64,000 nt of DNA from NCBI RefSeq assembly GCF_006345805.1, contig NC_043014.1, positions 15,748,001-15,812,000 of the forward strand, in the 5' to 3' direction. Below the pieces are notes generated by a model, which was not told the DNA's origin, ran no database searches, and worked only from the letters and a program-made list of their open reading frames with translations. Position numbers and translations under genes: made by a program. Within the stretch, counting starts at the first letter, position 1; each line of letters begins with the position of its first letter. This document shows, in pieces, positions 52,819 to 64,000 of the stretch. Source of the DNA: Octopus sinensis (lineage: Eukaryota).

Positions 52819-53060
52819 CTTTGTACCATTGGTTTCACTTGCTAATATTTACGTATATGAACACGCAAATATCTGCAAGATCGTCAGCATAGTCTGTCGT
52901 TTACAAAACATAATTTTCAGAACTACATACAGAACGTTCAACCGAAATCCAGCATGTCTAAAGTTCTACAAATTATATTTAGGTGTATCTTTCAAATGTC
53001 TTCACTTTGGCGCGCTGAGATCGGAAATTACTCTACAGTTAATAAATTCCAGTAGCCAAT
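52819..53060 (-). promoter_or_regulatory. Candidate promoter and first exon (MVQ) of a leftward gene
   Basis: CCAAT 53056, TTTGGCGCGC 53006, TTTGAA(-) 52991, ATG GTA CAA AG|GTAATC on the minus strand. Confidence 0.3.
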
Positions 53061-53521
53061 TTACCGGTGAGGGAGCATTTTTTATTTAAAATTAAATAAT
53101 AAGTGTAGAAATTGATATTAATTGATTAATCAATTAATATTTTGAGTCACCGAATGAGTAATCAAAGAATCAATCAATTGATTGAATGTTATAGACAAAT
53201 AAATAAGAAGTGGAAAATAGAATAAGGGCGTGTATCTGTGTTTATTATTGGTATAATGACCCTCCCGAGATGCAACAAAATACGTTTCAACACACGAGTT
53301 CATTTCAAGAATCTTGCTCGCCAAATACAAGAACTAAATATTTCTATATAATTTGGTAAATGAATATTGTTCAGATATGCAATTAAATGCGTGAAAGAGT
53401 CGGTTAAACTCGAAACCATCGAGCCGGATAATTCCAATCACTTCGATTCTCTGAATAGTAATAGTGGAAATATTGGCAAAGGTTGTGGCCTTGAAATATA
53501 TTCAAATATCTATTTGTCATC

Positions 53522-54075
53522 TGAAGGCAGCGAACTGGCAGAATAGTTATCGCACCGGGCAAAATGCTCACGTTCTGAGTTCAAATTCCACTGAGGTAGA
53601 CTTTGCCTTTCGGAGTCGATAAAATAAATTTCAGTTGAATACTGGGGTCGATCTAACCGTCTTAACCACCTAATTGCTGGCCTTGCGCCAAAAATGGAAG
53701 CCAATATCTATTTGTGATGTGGAAATATTAGAACTCCTCATAGAACGACTCTTTCTTTCACACAACATAAAACTTCCACACTGTGCTGTATTGCAATTTT
53801 AAACTAACACACTATATACTAATGTCATACGCACTAAACCCCCCCAAAAAGAACAAATACATGGACAATATTTCAAGGTCATCAAGTGATGCGGATTGTC
53901 AGAATCGTTATAGCGTTGAAACAAACTACCTTGCAACATTTAGTTGCAACGGTATGAGTTCAAATTTTCATTGAGGTCAACCCGCATTTCGTTCTTTTGC
54001 AGTCGACAGATACCAGAAAGATACTAAGGTCGATATACCCGTCCCCAAATTTTGTGGTCTTGTGCCAATGTTAGA
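53522..54075 (+). mobile_element. Two degenerate family B SINEs
   Basis: Family motifs at 53522-53700 and 53905-54075. Confidence 0.7.
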
Positions 54076-54329
54076 AATATATAAAGTTCTTCCTTTCAAA
54101 GCCATCAGATAACGAATTTGGAGCCATTTCAAGCTCTACCTTTTGTGCAGCATGTAATTTCAATGTATTTCGATATATTTAGCTAATAAATCGTTGTGAC
54201 GCAAACGATGCATTGCGACATGCTGTAAGATATAACGAGGTACAACACAGCGAAAATAAAATTATACTTTGAAAATGGGGAAAAGTATAAAGTTATAAAT
54301 TGTATTTATAATTGAAATTATAGTCATAA

Positions 54330-54918
54330 TAATTATACTCGCTTTATTGAATAAAGAAGCAGATACTTAGAAACTTATAGGCTAAATATATTTTCTTTAA
54401 TACAATTGGCTGACTTCATGCTCAAAGCGCGCCATTTTGTTTTTTACGCCGTCAGTATGGAAAAAACCCCCAAATAGTTTGGAAATTATTATGGCAGAGA
54501 AACTACCTTGAAGGCGATTATATTACAAATTCCAGCAGGTTATGGAACATTTGAAAATGATCTACATTCACCATGACAGTAACATATCTTTTGCAACAAA
54601 CCAGGCAATCGGCAAATTGGGTTGGTCAGCAGTACAACTCTTCCACCTGTTCGGTTGAATGAAGGACCGTTTTCGGAGATGACACAGATGAGGTGAAAGT
54701 GGCCGTGAGGAATGTGTACAACTGTGCACACTAGAATTTTGCATAAAGGATTCGAGAGGACAGCGAAGAGCAAATGCATCGCTTGATGGAGACTATTTTG
54801 AATAATCCCTTTCTATAGAGGAGAAGTTACTTTACCGACATGTACAATTTGAATGACATGCCAGTTTGTAAAAAATCATGTCCATTTTTGCATTATTTTC
54901 AGTATAATCTTCGACATA
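54330..54918 (+). mobile_element. Heavily deleted mariner relic
   Basis: Pieces reading IHHD, KLGW, HLFG, DEVKVAVRN and DGDYFE*; left end unclear. Confidence 0.55.
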
Positions 54919-54926
54919 CCCATAAC

Positions 54927-55070
54927 CAGTGCCGTCTTAGGACAAAGACACACTAGGCGTTGATCCAATTCTTATCTCTGTAAACTGTGAGTTGTTGTCA
55001 AAAGATAAATACTACAAGGCCGAATGCATTGATTTTCTTGGGAATCTATAAACTTGCTAAGACGACCCTG
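54927..55070. mobile_element. hAT-type MITE
   Basis: TIRs CAGTGCCGTCTTAG / CTAAGACGACCCTG; 8-bp flanks CCCATAAC / CCCATAAG. Confidence 0.7.
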
Positions 55071-55168
55071 CCCATAAGTCATACATTTCATAAGGCTCAA
55101 TATCTTCCGATCTCTTTGATCTTGGACTTTCTTTTAGGCAATTGGCAGCTCTAATATAAAACAAAATA

Positions 55169-55250
55169 CAGTAATCCCTCGCTATATCGCGGTTCACCTA
55201 TCGCGGTTTATTATTTAAGATTACGTCGATTCCTCCAAGGTGTTGTTTTC
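55169..55250 (+). mobile_element. pogo/Tigger-type MITE 5' fragment
   Basis: TA CAGTAATCCCTCGCTATATCGCGG; same family as 61336. Confidence 0.55.
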
Positions 55251-56845
55251 GGTCACCGGACAGCAGTCATACTGGGGCACCGCCCTGAACAGTATAATCG
55301 AACATATCGACCCGAGTTCTTATTTTTAAGTCTGTTACTTATTCTAACAGTCTCTGAGACCGAACCGGTCAGTTACAAGGACGTAAACAAACCAACATCG
55401 GTTGCCAAGCGGATGAGGGGAACAGACACACTGTCTTTTCACACAGTTTCCGTTTACCAAATTCTGCTGCGCAGTGGGAGTGAACCTGAAACCACGTGAT
55501 TGCTAAGCGAGCTTCTTAACTACACAGCAATGCCTGAGCCTATAAATTTTGTGACCCATATGTTCTTGTGAATCGACTGCAGAATTAAAAAAAGAAAAAG
55601 AAAAATGTTTCCTAATCCTGCTTCACATGGTCACTCGAGCAGCTAGAAATAGAAACGAAACTTCTTCAAATCTTCACCACGACCACATCATGCACGTTTT
55701 AAAAATAAAAGGAAAACATTGGACTATCTAAGTCACGGATATACAAAAACAAAACCAGAGGATGTTCACGATTTGAGAACCTCTGATCATAAGTCCGTCT
55801 TGCTCGATCACAGCTGACCCAGGGCTAAACAACCACAAAAATATTTGTACGTTGCATGACTAGTATCTCTACACAAGTGTGTCCACGTCGATTTTGTTTT
55901 CTAACTTTCAGAAAAATCAGTATTTTTTAAAGAAATTTTCTACAAATGCGTTAGATTTGGTGTGAAATTGGGATTTAATGTCAAAACAAAAAAAAAAGAG
56001 AAAAATGGTGGGTGCGCATATGTACAAATTGATACACGCATAATTTTTTTTTTTTTTTTTCAAAATTTCAAGTTATATTTTGTAGATTTATTTGGGAAAT
56101 TTCAAAAAATATAACTGATGTTTTATTCACAGGCGTGACTGTGTGGTTCCGGGTTCAGTCCCTCAGCGTGACATCTTGGGCAGAAGTTTTCTGCTATAGC
56201 TTCGGGCCGACCAAAGCCTTATATGAAAGAAAACCGTCGCGTGCGTCTGTGTCAGTACGCGCGTCTATGTCTGTTTGTCCCCTGTCACCGCTTGACAACT
56301 GGTGTTGATCTCTTTACGTCCCCGTAACTTAGCAGTTCAGCTAAGGGACCGATAAAATAGTACCAGGCTCTGAAAAAAAGTGCTGGTGTCGATTCTTTCG
56401 ACTAAAATTCTTCAAGGGGTTGTGTGGTAAGTAGCTTGCTTACCAACCACATGGTTCAGGGTTCATTCCCACTGCGTGTCACCTTGGGTAAATGTCTTCT
56501 ACTATAGCCTCGGGCCGACCAAAGCCTTGAGAGTGGATTTGGTAGACGGAAATTCAAAGAAGCTCGTCGTATATATGTGTGTGTGTGTGTGTGTGTGCAT
56601 GTCCCCCAACATCGCTTGACTACCGATGGTGGTGTGTTTACGTCCCCGTAACTTAGCGGTTCGGCAAAAGTGACCGATAGAATAAGTACTAGGCTTCCAA
56701 AGAATAAGTCCTGGGTCGATTTGCTCGACTAAAGGCGGTGCTCCAGTAGGGCCGCAATCAAATGACTGAAACAAGTAAAAGAGTAAGGCGGTGCCCCAGC
56801 AAGGCCGCAGTCAATGACTGAAACAATTAAATAAAATAAAATAAC
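55250..56845. mobile_element. A(-) 55250-55545, family C 55620-55840, two tandem A(+) 56130-56845 with duplicated tail
   Basis: Family motifs. Confidence 0.8.
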
Positions 56846-57199
56846 ATATTTTCACAGGAAGAAAAGAGGAGAACATTTAATGTTTAAAAGATCAAATTAT
56901 GAAGAGAAAAGCTCATAACTATTTCTCAAAGAAAACGAAGAAAAAGAAAAGAGATAAGTAGCAGATGGCGTGAGGAGAAGAGTAACGGGTAATACATCCC
57001 ATAACAAATGGTGTGTTTGGCCGCGCCACGCAGACAAGATTGGGAAAGCATTGCAGAGACACTTGCTGCAAAAGCCACCCGACCTCGCGGGGCTTGTTTC
57101 TTAGATGGCATACCCGTCGCTAAAGGGGTGCAATGGACGGCCCTGTCCCCGTCACTATTCAATGGTGCACCTTTACATTTAGAAAATACAGTCTACAAA

Positions 57200-57470
57200 A
57201 ATTAGTGCCCACCCAGAGTATTCTGAAGCACTCCCAGGCACCAAAGTCTGGTGACAGGCCGCTGCGATCCCGATTTTGCCGAGGAAGTCGGCAATGCAGG
57301 ATCCGAGAACACCTGAGGTATCGACGGCGACCGGCTCAAATTGATAGCAGTCAGGCTCCTGTATTTATTTACCTTTCTCTCCTGTGCGTTAGAGGCGGCT
57401 ACACCTGGATTTAAGGCCGATGCAGTTAAGTTGGAGCCGGATGAGACAATATGTATGTGTGCGTCCACCA
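57200..57470 (-). pseudogene. CRE-like restriction-like-endonuclease LINE C-terminal fragment
   Basis: SNLTASALNPGVAASNAQERKVNKYRSL then, frameshifted, YQFEPVAVDTSGVLGSCIADFLGKIG. Confidence 0.55.
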
Positions 57471-57498
57471 TTTTCTTTCTTTTTTATTTTTTACATTA

Positions 57499-57737
57499 AA
57501 TTCCAATGTAATCGTAATTTACATCGTCTGAAAGGTATTTGTAGAAAATTCCATTAAAAAATACCGGTTTTTCTGAAAATTATAAGGAAAGAAAGTCGAC
57601 TCAGCTGAATTATCCAAAACGCCTCTCTCCTCATCCTTGAAAATATTGTTCATAATAAATTCCGATACAATCGTAATTTATACCATCTGAAAGGTATTTA
57701 TAGAAAATTCATTAAAAGATTTCCATTTTTCTGAAAG
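57499..57737. repeat. Two diverged copies of an 80-bp segment about 158 bp apart
   Basis: AAATTCC..AATCGTAATTTA..TCTGAAAGGTATTT.TAGAAAATTC twice. Confidence 0.75.
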
Positions 57738-57745
57738 TAAAGAGT

Positions 57746-58130
57746 GAGGAAGCACTCCGTCGGTTACGACGATGAGGGTTCCGGTTGACCCGACCAACGG
57801 AACAGCCTGCTCGTGAAATTAACGTGTAAGTGGCTGAGCACTCCACAGACACGTGTACCCTTAACGTAGTTCTCGGGGATATTCAGCGTGACACAGAGAG
57901 TGACAAGGCCGGCCCTTTGAAATACAGGTACAACAGAAACAGGAAGAAAGAGCGAGAGAAAGTTGTGGTGAAAGAGTACAGCAGGGATCACCACCATCCC
58001 CTGCCGGAGCCTCGTGGAGCTTTAGGTGTTTTCGCTCAATAAACACTCACAACGCCCGGTCTGGGAATCGAAACCGCGATCCTATGACCGCGAGTCCGCT
58101 GCCCTAACCACTAGGCCATTGCGCCTCCAC
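57746..58130 (-). mobile_element. Young full-length tRNA-derived SINE (distinct family)
   Basis: Head GTGGAGGCGCAATGGCCTAGTGGTTAGG...GGTTTCGATTCCC; 13-bp TSD GAAAGTAAAGAGT at 57733 and 58131. Confidence 0.92.
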
Positions 58131-58214
58131 GAAAGTAAAGAGTAAACAAGTCGAGGACCCACATCTCGTTCATCTCCTTTCACCACAAAACTGTTTACAA
58201 CACAAACGAACGAG

Positions 58215-58790
58215 GAAGCCTCTACGTGGTGCTCGACCTATTAGAAATAGTGGCCGAATCTCCCCTAAACATTCAACAACTGTCTTTAAAAAAGAAAACA
58301 TTACGTAAAGTTAGTCCCGACATATTCAAACACGGGATAGTAATGGTTAGAATGCTTTCTGAACGATCAGGATTGACCTGGAGCGAAGTACTCGTTTGCA
58401 TCAACAACACGAACCAACGATGCAGCCTCCACATGGCCGCTTGATCTGCTAGAAAGAGCAGCCAAATTTCCCTTGAATCTCACTGCTCCATTTTGGCGAA
58501 GTTCTCTTCGGATAATGTAGCTCTAAGGCCCATACACAAAGGAAAAGACGGGATGGTCACGAGTGGAAAGCCGGGGGAGGGCAAAGCAACTACAACAGTG
58601 GCATCCGTAGGTATCAACGAGGGAGTCCCAGCGTGATCGTTCGAACAGCTAGAAATAGCAGCCAAATATCCCTGAAACACACCTCACCGATATAAAAGAG
58701 GGGTACATCAGATACCTAGTCCACCACCGATACCCCTTTCCCGCCCAAATAAAGACAATACATGAAAGTCTTTGATTACAGAGCATTGCC
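58215..58790 (+). mobile_element. Three successive degenerate family C repeats
   Basis: TAGAAATAGTGGCCGAAT, CTAGAAAGAGCAGCCAAAT, CTAGAAATAGCAGCCAAAT. Confidence 0.6.
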
Positions 58791-59670
58791 CTGCATTGAC
58801 AACAACATGAAGAATATCTACATCATCAGTAGTAGTAGTAGTAGTAGCAGCAGCAACAGCACCAACACGTGTAACGAAAACAGCTGCAATAAGGAAGGAA
58901 ACGACCACCAGTCGATAACGGAGAATCCGAGGTCGTTCACCCGACGACGGTGGATTTTTGACGTAGACCCAGGGCCAGAAAGGTTTAGAATAGAAACCAG
59001 CCGAACATACCCGGTAATTAATCGGTACATATTTTTATCAACCTACGGCGACCCTAGACAGCACAATGAATGGGAAAAGAGACACTGCCGCGATTTGAAC
59101 GCAAAACTGTTGCAATCATAAGAGAGAAAAACGAGAAGATACAACGGATACGGGATACTGTAGGCAGAGATAGGGTACGGCTAACAGAAATAGAAGTGGT
59201 ACTCACACTTGGAAAGACATTGAATATATACATGCACTCACGCACAACGCACTCACACAGTTACACATACATACATATAAGTATATAAATATATACACGT
59301 AAATACATACACACATGTATACACATATATCAAACTAATACAGGTGTTATGCACGGCCTCTTGTCTTAATTTTATCATTTAACTTGAATTGACTACATAA
59401 ATATATATATACATACATATATACATATATTCGTATATGTATGTACATATCTATATGTCACATATAAACATATATGTGTGTGTGTGTGTGTACAGGTAAC
59501 TTGTACTATAGCCTCGGGTCGATCAAAGTCTTGAGCGTAAATTTGGTAGACGGAGACTGAAAAGAAGCCCGTCTTATATATATAGATATGTGTATGTGCG
59601 TGTTTGTCCCCCACTATCGCTGGACACTGATGTTGGTGTGTATTAGTATAGCGCTCAGGAATACAAAAAG

Positions 59671-59708
59671 TCTTTTACGTTTCGAGCCTACGCTCTTCTA
59701 CAGAAAGA
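59671..59708 (-). ncRNA. Very compact hammerhead-like motif
   Basis: TCTTT CTGTAGA A GAGC GTAG GCTC GAA ACGT A AAAGA; A6 substituted. Confidence 0.55.
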
Positions 59709-59849
59709 TACACAGAAAAAAACAAGGAGAGAAAAAAATGCGTGTAGGAGCTACCTACCTACCTCCATACATACATAATACATACATACATACATACATA
59801 CATACATACATACATACATACATACACGTATAGGCATAAAACTTTGTGC

Positions 59850-59975
59850 GTATCTTCACACACGCGCTGGGTGACAACGAGCGTTACCCTTATACAAGTG
59901 ATGTTGATCGTCTCCAATCATCCGTGAACAAAATGTTTGATCGTGCAAAATATAACTTACTTGGAAACAAGACAG
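59850..59975 (+). pseudogene. Possible CR1/L2 RT fragment
   Basis: DVDRLQSSVNKMFDRAKYNL resembles the segment after YADD; weak. Confidence 0.25.
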
Positions 59976-60257
59976 GATTGGCGACAGGAAGAGCATCCGG
60001 CGCTAAAAATAAATGCCTCAACAAACTTCGGTCTGACACATGCAAAGATGGAAAAGTGATGATCAACACCATATATTTATATATATATATAACTATAGAA
60101 GAAAGGCTGTATGTGCACGCGTGTATGTGTGTGTATATATATATAGATATATATATATACAGCGCGCGTTCACACATGATATGTGTATGTATATAAATGT
60201 ATGTGAGTGTGCGCGATTGTATGTGGACATGTATATATATATATTATATATATATAT

Positions 60258-60312
<55 letters not shown>

Positions 60313-60604
60313 ATATGTATGTCGGTATATGTTATATATGGGGTGTATATATATATACACGTATATATGTATATATATATACGTATATATATACACGTAT
60401 ATATGTATATATATATATATATATATACGTATATATATATTATACACGTATATATATATATATATATACGTATATATATATACCAGTATATATATATATA
60501 CACGTATATATGTATATGTATATATATATTACACGTATATATGTATATATATATATATACACGTATATATGTATATGTATATATGTACACGTATAATATA
60601 TATA

Positions 60605-60639
<35 letters not shown>

Positions 60640-60678
60640 ACGTATATATGTATTACACGATATATGTATATACACGTA

Positions 60679-60730
<52 letters not shown>

Positions 60731-61073
60731 ATATATATAAGTATATATGTATATATATATATAAGTATATATGTATATATATATAAGTATATATGTATAT
60801 ATATATACGTATATATGTATATATATATATATAAGTAAATATGTATATATCTATACGTATATATGTATATAAGGGATGGGTACATATATATGTGTGTGTG
60901 TGTGTGTCCGTCCGTATGTACAAATATATATGTATGCATTTATGTAATTAATTAATGGGGGGAAAAAAACGGAGAAAAAAAGAAAAAAACAACAACGCGA
61001 TGATGTGGTACATGGAAAGCTGAGTTAACTGGAGCAATGTGAAATAAGACGCTCAGGGAAAGAAAGAAAGGGT

Positions 61074-61108
61074 GTTTTACGTTTCGAGCAAAGCTCTTCT
61101 TGAGAAAG
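61074..61108 (-). ncRNA. Second compact hammerhead-like motif of the same family
   Basis: CTTT CTCAAGA A GAGC TTT GCTC GAA ACGT A AAAC; G5 substituted. Confidence 0.45.
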
Positions 61109-61291
61109 AGAAGACATAGGAAAGTCCAAGAGAAAAGGAAGACGGAAGAGTGTGTGTGTGAGAGTGTGGTGTGTATGTGTATGTACATATGTGTATATAT
61201 ATATATATATATATATGCGTATATATGTATGTACGTGTGTTTATATATACGGGTATATATACATGCATGCGTGTATATATATATATAATAT

Positions 61292-61328
<37 letters not shown>

Positions 61329-61335
61329 GTGTGTA

Positions 61336-61529
61336 TAGTAATCTCTCGCCATATCGTGGTTCACCAATCGTAGTTTATTATTTATGCTTACATCGATTCC
61401 TGTGGTGTTGTTTTCCATTTAATGAAATGGATATATTTATATAAAAATAATTTTTAAAAATATACAGTTCTGTTTCTACTTCGCGGATGGGTTGGGAACG
61501 TAACACCCGCGACAGTCGATGGATTGCTG
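61336..61529. mobile_element. pogo/Tigger-type MITE
   Basis: Termini TAGTAATCTCTCG / CGATGGATTGCTG. Confidence 0.55.
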
Positions 61530-61569
61530 TGTATGCATATCTATATGTGTGTGTGTGTGTCTGTGTGTA

Positions 61570-62013
61570 TTATATATTCTTTTACTCTTTTACTTGTTTC
61601 AGTCATTTGACTGCGGCCATGCTAGAGCACCGCCTTTAGTCGAGCAAATCGACCCCGGGACTTATTCTTTGTAAGCCCAGTATTTATTCTATCGGTCTGT
61701 TTTGCCGAACTGCTAAGGGACGGGACGTAAACACACGATTGTCAAGCAATGCTAGGGGACAAACACAGACACACCAAACATATATATTATATAATATATA
61801 GCTATATATATTATATATATATATATATATGTATATTATATATATGTATATGTATAGTATATATATATATGTATAATATATAATATATGTATATATATAT
61901 ATATATGTATATAATATATTATGTATATATATATATAGATATATGTTTATATATATATTATATATATATATATATATATAGGTATATATATATATATATA
62001 TGTAATATATATA

Positions 62014-62044
<31 letters not shown>

Positions 62045-62094
62045 GTATATAATATATATGTGTATATATATATATATATATGTGTATATAATAT

Positions 62095-62125
<31 letters not shown>

Positions 62126-62175
62126 TGTATAATATATGTATATATTATATATGATATATATATCTATATAAATAT

Positions 62176-62262
<87 letters not shown>

Positions 62263-62429
62263 ATACATATATATATACGACAGGCTTCTTTCAGTTTCCG
62301 TCTACCAAATCCACTCACAAGGCATTGGTCGGGCCGGGGTTATAGCAGAAGACACTTGCCCAAGATGCCACGCAGTGGGACTGAACCCGGAACCATGTGG
62401 TTGGTTAGCAGCTACTTACCACACACCCA

Positions 62430-62430
<1 letters not shown>
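61570..62430 (-). mobile_element. Family A SINE with about 480 bp of expanded central (TA)n
   Basis: Tail 61570-61790, head 62275-62430. Confidence 0.8.
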
Positions 62431-62486
<56 letters not shown>

Positions 62487-62494
62487 TCTCATTG

Positions 62495-63568
62495 CTATTT
62501 AAAGGAGAACTGGAAGAGGTATTTGGACGATGCTTTTACTCTGGAAAGACAGCATGGACTAACTCCTCGATTTCAAAATATTGCTTAACAATATCAATAG
62601 CAAAATACAATTCACCATGGAGCACAGCAGTAAACAACTCCCTTTTCTTGACATCTTAATCAAAATAGTCAATAACCACATCGAAACAGACTTCTTTTAT
62701 AAACCCACAGATTCTAAACAATACCTATTATTCAACTCATGCCACCCCAAACACAAAAATTAATATACCTTATAATCTAGCGAAAAGAATCTGTACCGTA
62801 GTTTCGGACACCTATATTCGTGAACGAAGACTCCTTGAACTCAGATCAATACTAATCAAAAGACATTACCTAATATCATTAATTAATGATGGCATCAAAC
62901 GAGCTATGGAAATAGATATACGAACATTAAGGGAAGTCAACCGAAATACTAAACCAGACTTAAAAATAGTCTCATCCATCCCCACACATAACCCTAGAAA
63001 CAACGAAACCTTTAATATTATCATCCAAAATCTTCTCATCCTCACAGGAGATAAAACAATGAACAAAATTTTAGGCTCACACAAAATTATCAAGAGCAAA
63101 ATGCAACCCAAATCATTGAAAAAAATATTAACCAGCGCAAGACTATATCCATTAACAACAGATCCAAAAGTGAAAAAATGTGGTCGACCTAACTGTGATA
63201 CATACCCTCACCTTTTGGAGGGTTCAGAATTCCACTTTAAACAAGGTGAAATATTTAAGATCAAATTAAATTTCACCTATGCCTCGGAAAATCTAATCTA
63301 TGCCATTACATGCTTAGGGTGTGGTCATAATCATATTGGCCAAACAGGAATATCACTCCGTCGAAGAATCACTCTCCGGAAAGAACAAATCCGCCACCCA
63401 CAGATACAGGTTAGTAAACACACAGAAACGTGTGCTAGGAATTTTAATCCTAATTTCTTAGTTTTCCCCTTCTATCAATGTTCAGAGAACACCTCAGTAC
63501 AACAAAGAATTAATAAAGAGGCAACTTCCATCAATAAATGTCTTCCACAACTCAATATGAACACATAA
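62495..63568 (+). pseudogene. PLE RT thumb, Cys-rich linker and GIY-YIG endonuclease, disrupted
   Basis: WKRYLDD, IQFTME..LPFLD, YKPTDSKQYL..SCHP, KCGRPNC, NLIYAITCLGCGHNHIGQTG; stops and frameshifts. Confidence 0.9.
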
Positions 63569-63753
63569 CATAATACAAAATACTACTAACCCTTCTATTA
63601 ATACCACTAACCCTCATACATCCCATACACAATTCACATCACAGATCTATATCTACCCTAATTGCACCAAATCCAGAACTACTTACCTCCCTTATACATA
63701 ATCGTTTTACTCAGGGGCTAGTAGGCCTGACACCGTTCATTAATCAATGTGCC

Positions 63754-63799
63754 TTCAAAGCAATGATTAGTAAATTCACGAAACCGGTATGCTTTTGAA
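63754..63799 (+). ncRNA. PLE-associated minimal hammerhead motif, degenerate core
   Basis: TTCAAAGCA ATGATTA GTAAATTCAC GAA ACCGGT A TGCTTTTGAA. Confidence 0.6.
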
Positions 63800-64000
63800 T
63801 CTCTATAACAATTCACAATGATGACTTTTATTCCTACCTCAGTCTGTCTAATTGTATATATCTATCGTTACTTTTCAGAAAAAGCCTTTCCTTTTTTTGA
63901 TTTCGAACGTGCATTTTCGCTTATTTTTCTTCCTACATTCCCTTTACATTTCCACGTGTAGTTTCTACTTTCTTTTTGTAGCATATTTCTCTCTCTCTCT

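Larger units (their letters stand above)
59250..62480. repeat. Extensive (TA)n-based micro/minisatellite field, including ACACGTAT- and TAAGTATATATG-containing units
   Basis: Read directly. Confidence 0.9.
62495..63990 (+). mobile_element. 5'-truncated Penelope-like retroelement with 3' LTR-like region
   Basis: RT and GIY-YIG remnants followed by a non-coding tail containing an HHR-like motif. Confidence 0.9.

Noticed and set aside
53385-53425. GAGT...ACTC GAAAC hairpin, plus similar partial motifs at about 1385-1425, 2185 and 30195-30215
   Set aside because: Only half of the hammerhead core or no closing stems; not counted as ribozymes.
58762-59121. 119-aa ORF in the CpG-rich zone
   Set aside because: Begins in a family C repeat and a (GTA/CAG)n tract; no recognisable domain.
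60040-60939. Longest ORFs in the track ([12 protein letters not shown] types, also at 13.5, 15.4, 37 and 38.6 kb)
   Set aside because: Translations of TA/CA/TG microsatellites.

Overview
AT-rich animal genomic DNA made almost entirely of repeats. The SINE families and microsatellite density suggest an octopus (coleoid cephalopod) genome; this is my recognition, not a database result. I found no complete protein-coding gene, and nearly all ORF-track entries are microsatellite translations. The window holds dozens of tRNA-derived SINEs (at least four families, labelled A-D here), RTE-type 3' tails, and fragments of CR1/L2-, RTE-, Tx1-, R4/Dong- and CRE-like LINEs. It also has four mariner relics, piggyBac-, hAT-, pogo- and Helitron-like non-autonomous elements, two Penelope-like element (PLE) remnants, a hierarchical satellite, long palindromes and a 100-N gap. 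The main unexplained signal is a set of about eight minimal type I hammerhead-ribozyme (HHR) motifs from several unrelated repeat families. One family joins a tRNA-like Pol III head to an HHR and occurs as head-to-head inverted dimers, and the GIY-YIG PLE at the right end carries its own HHR-like motif. Several short exon and promoter candidates (RFX X-boxes, E2F/CHR/CCAAT, a 15-nt microexon) hint at a host gene with very long introns, but they are unproven and partly incompatible with each other. Repeat boundaries are read by eye and approximate unless a TSD or TIR is quoted.
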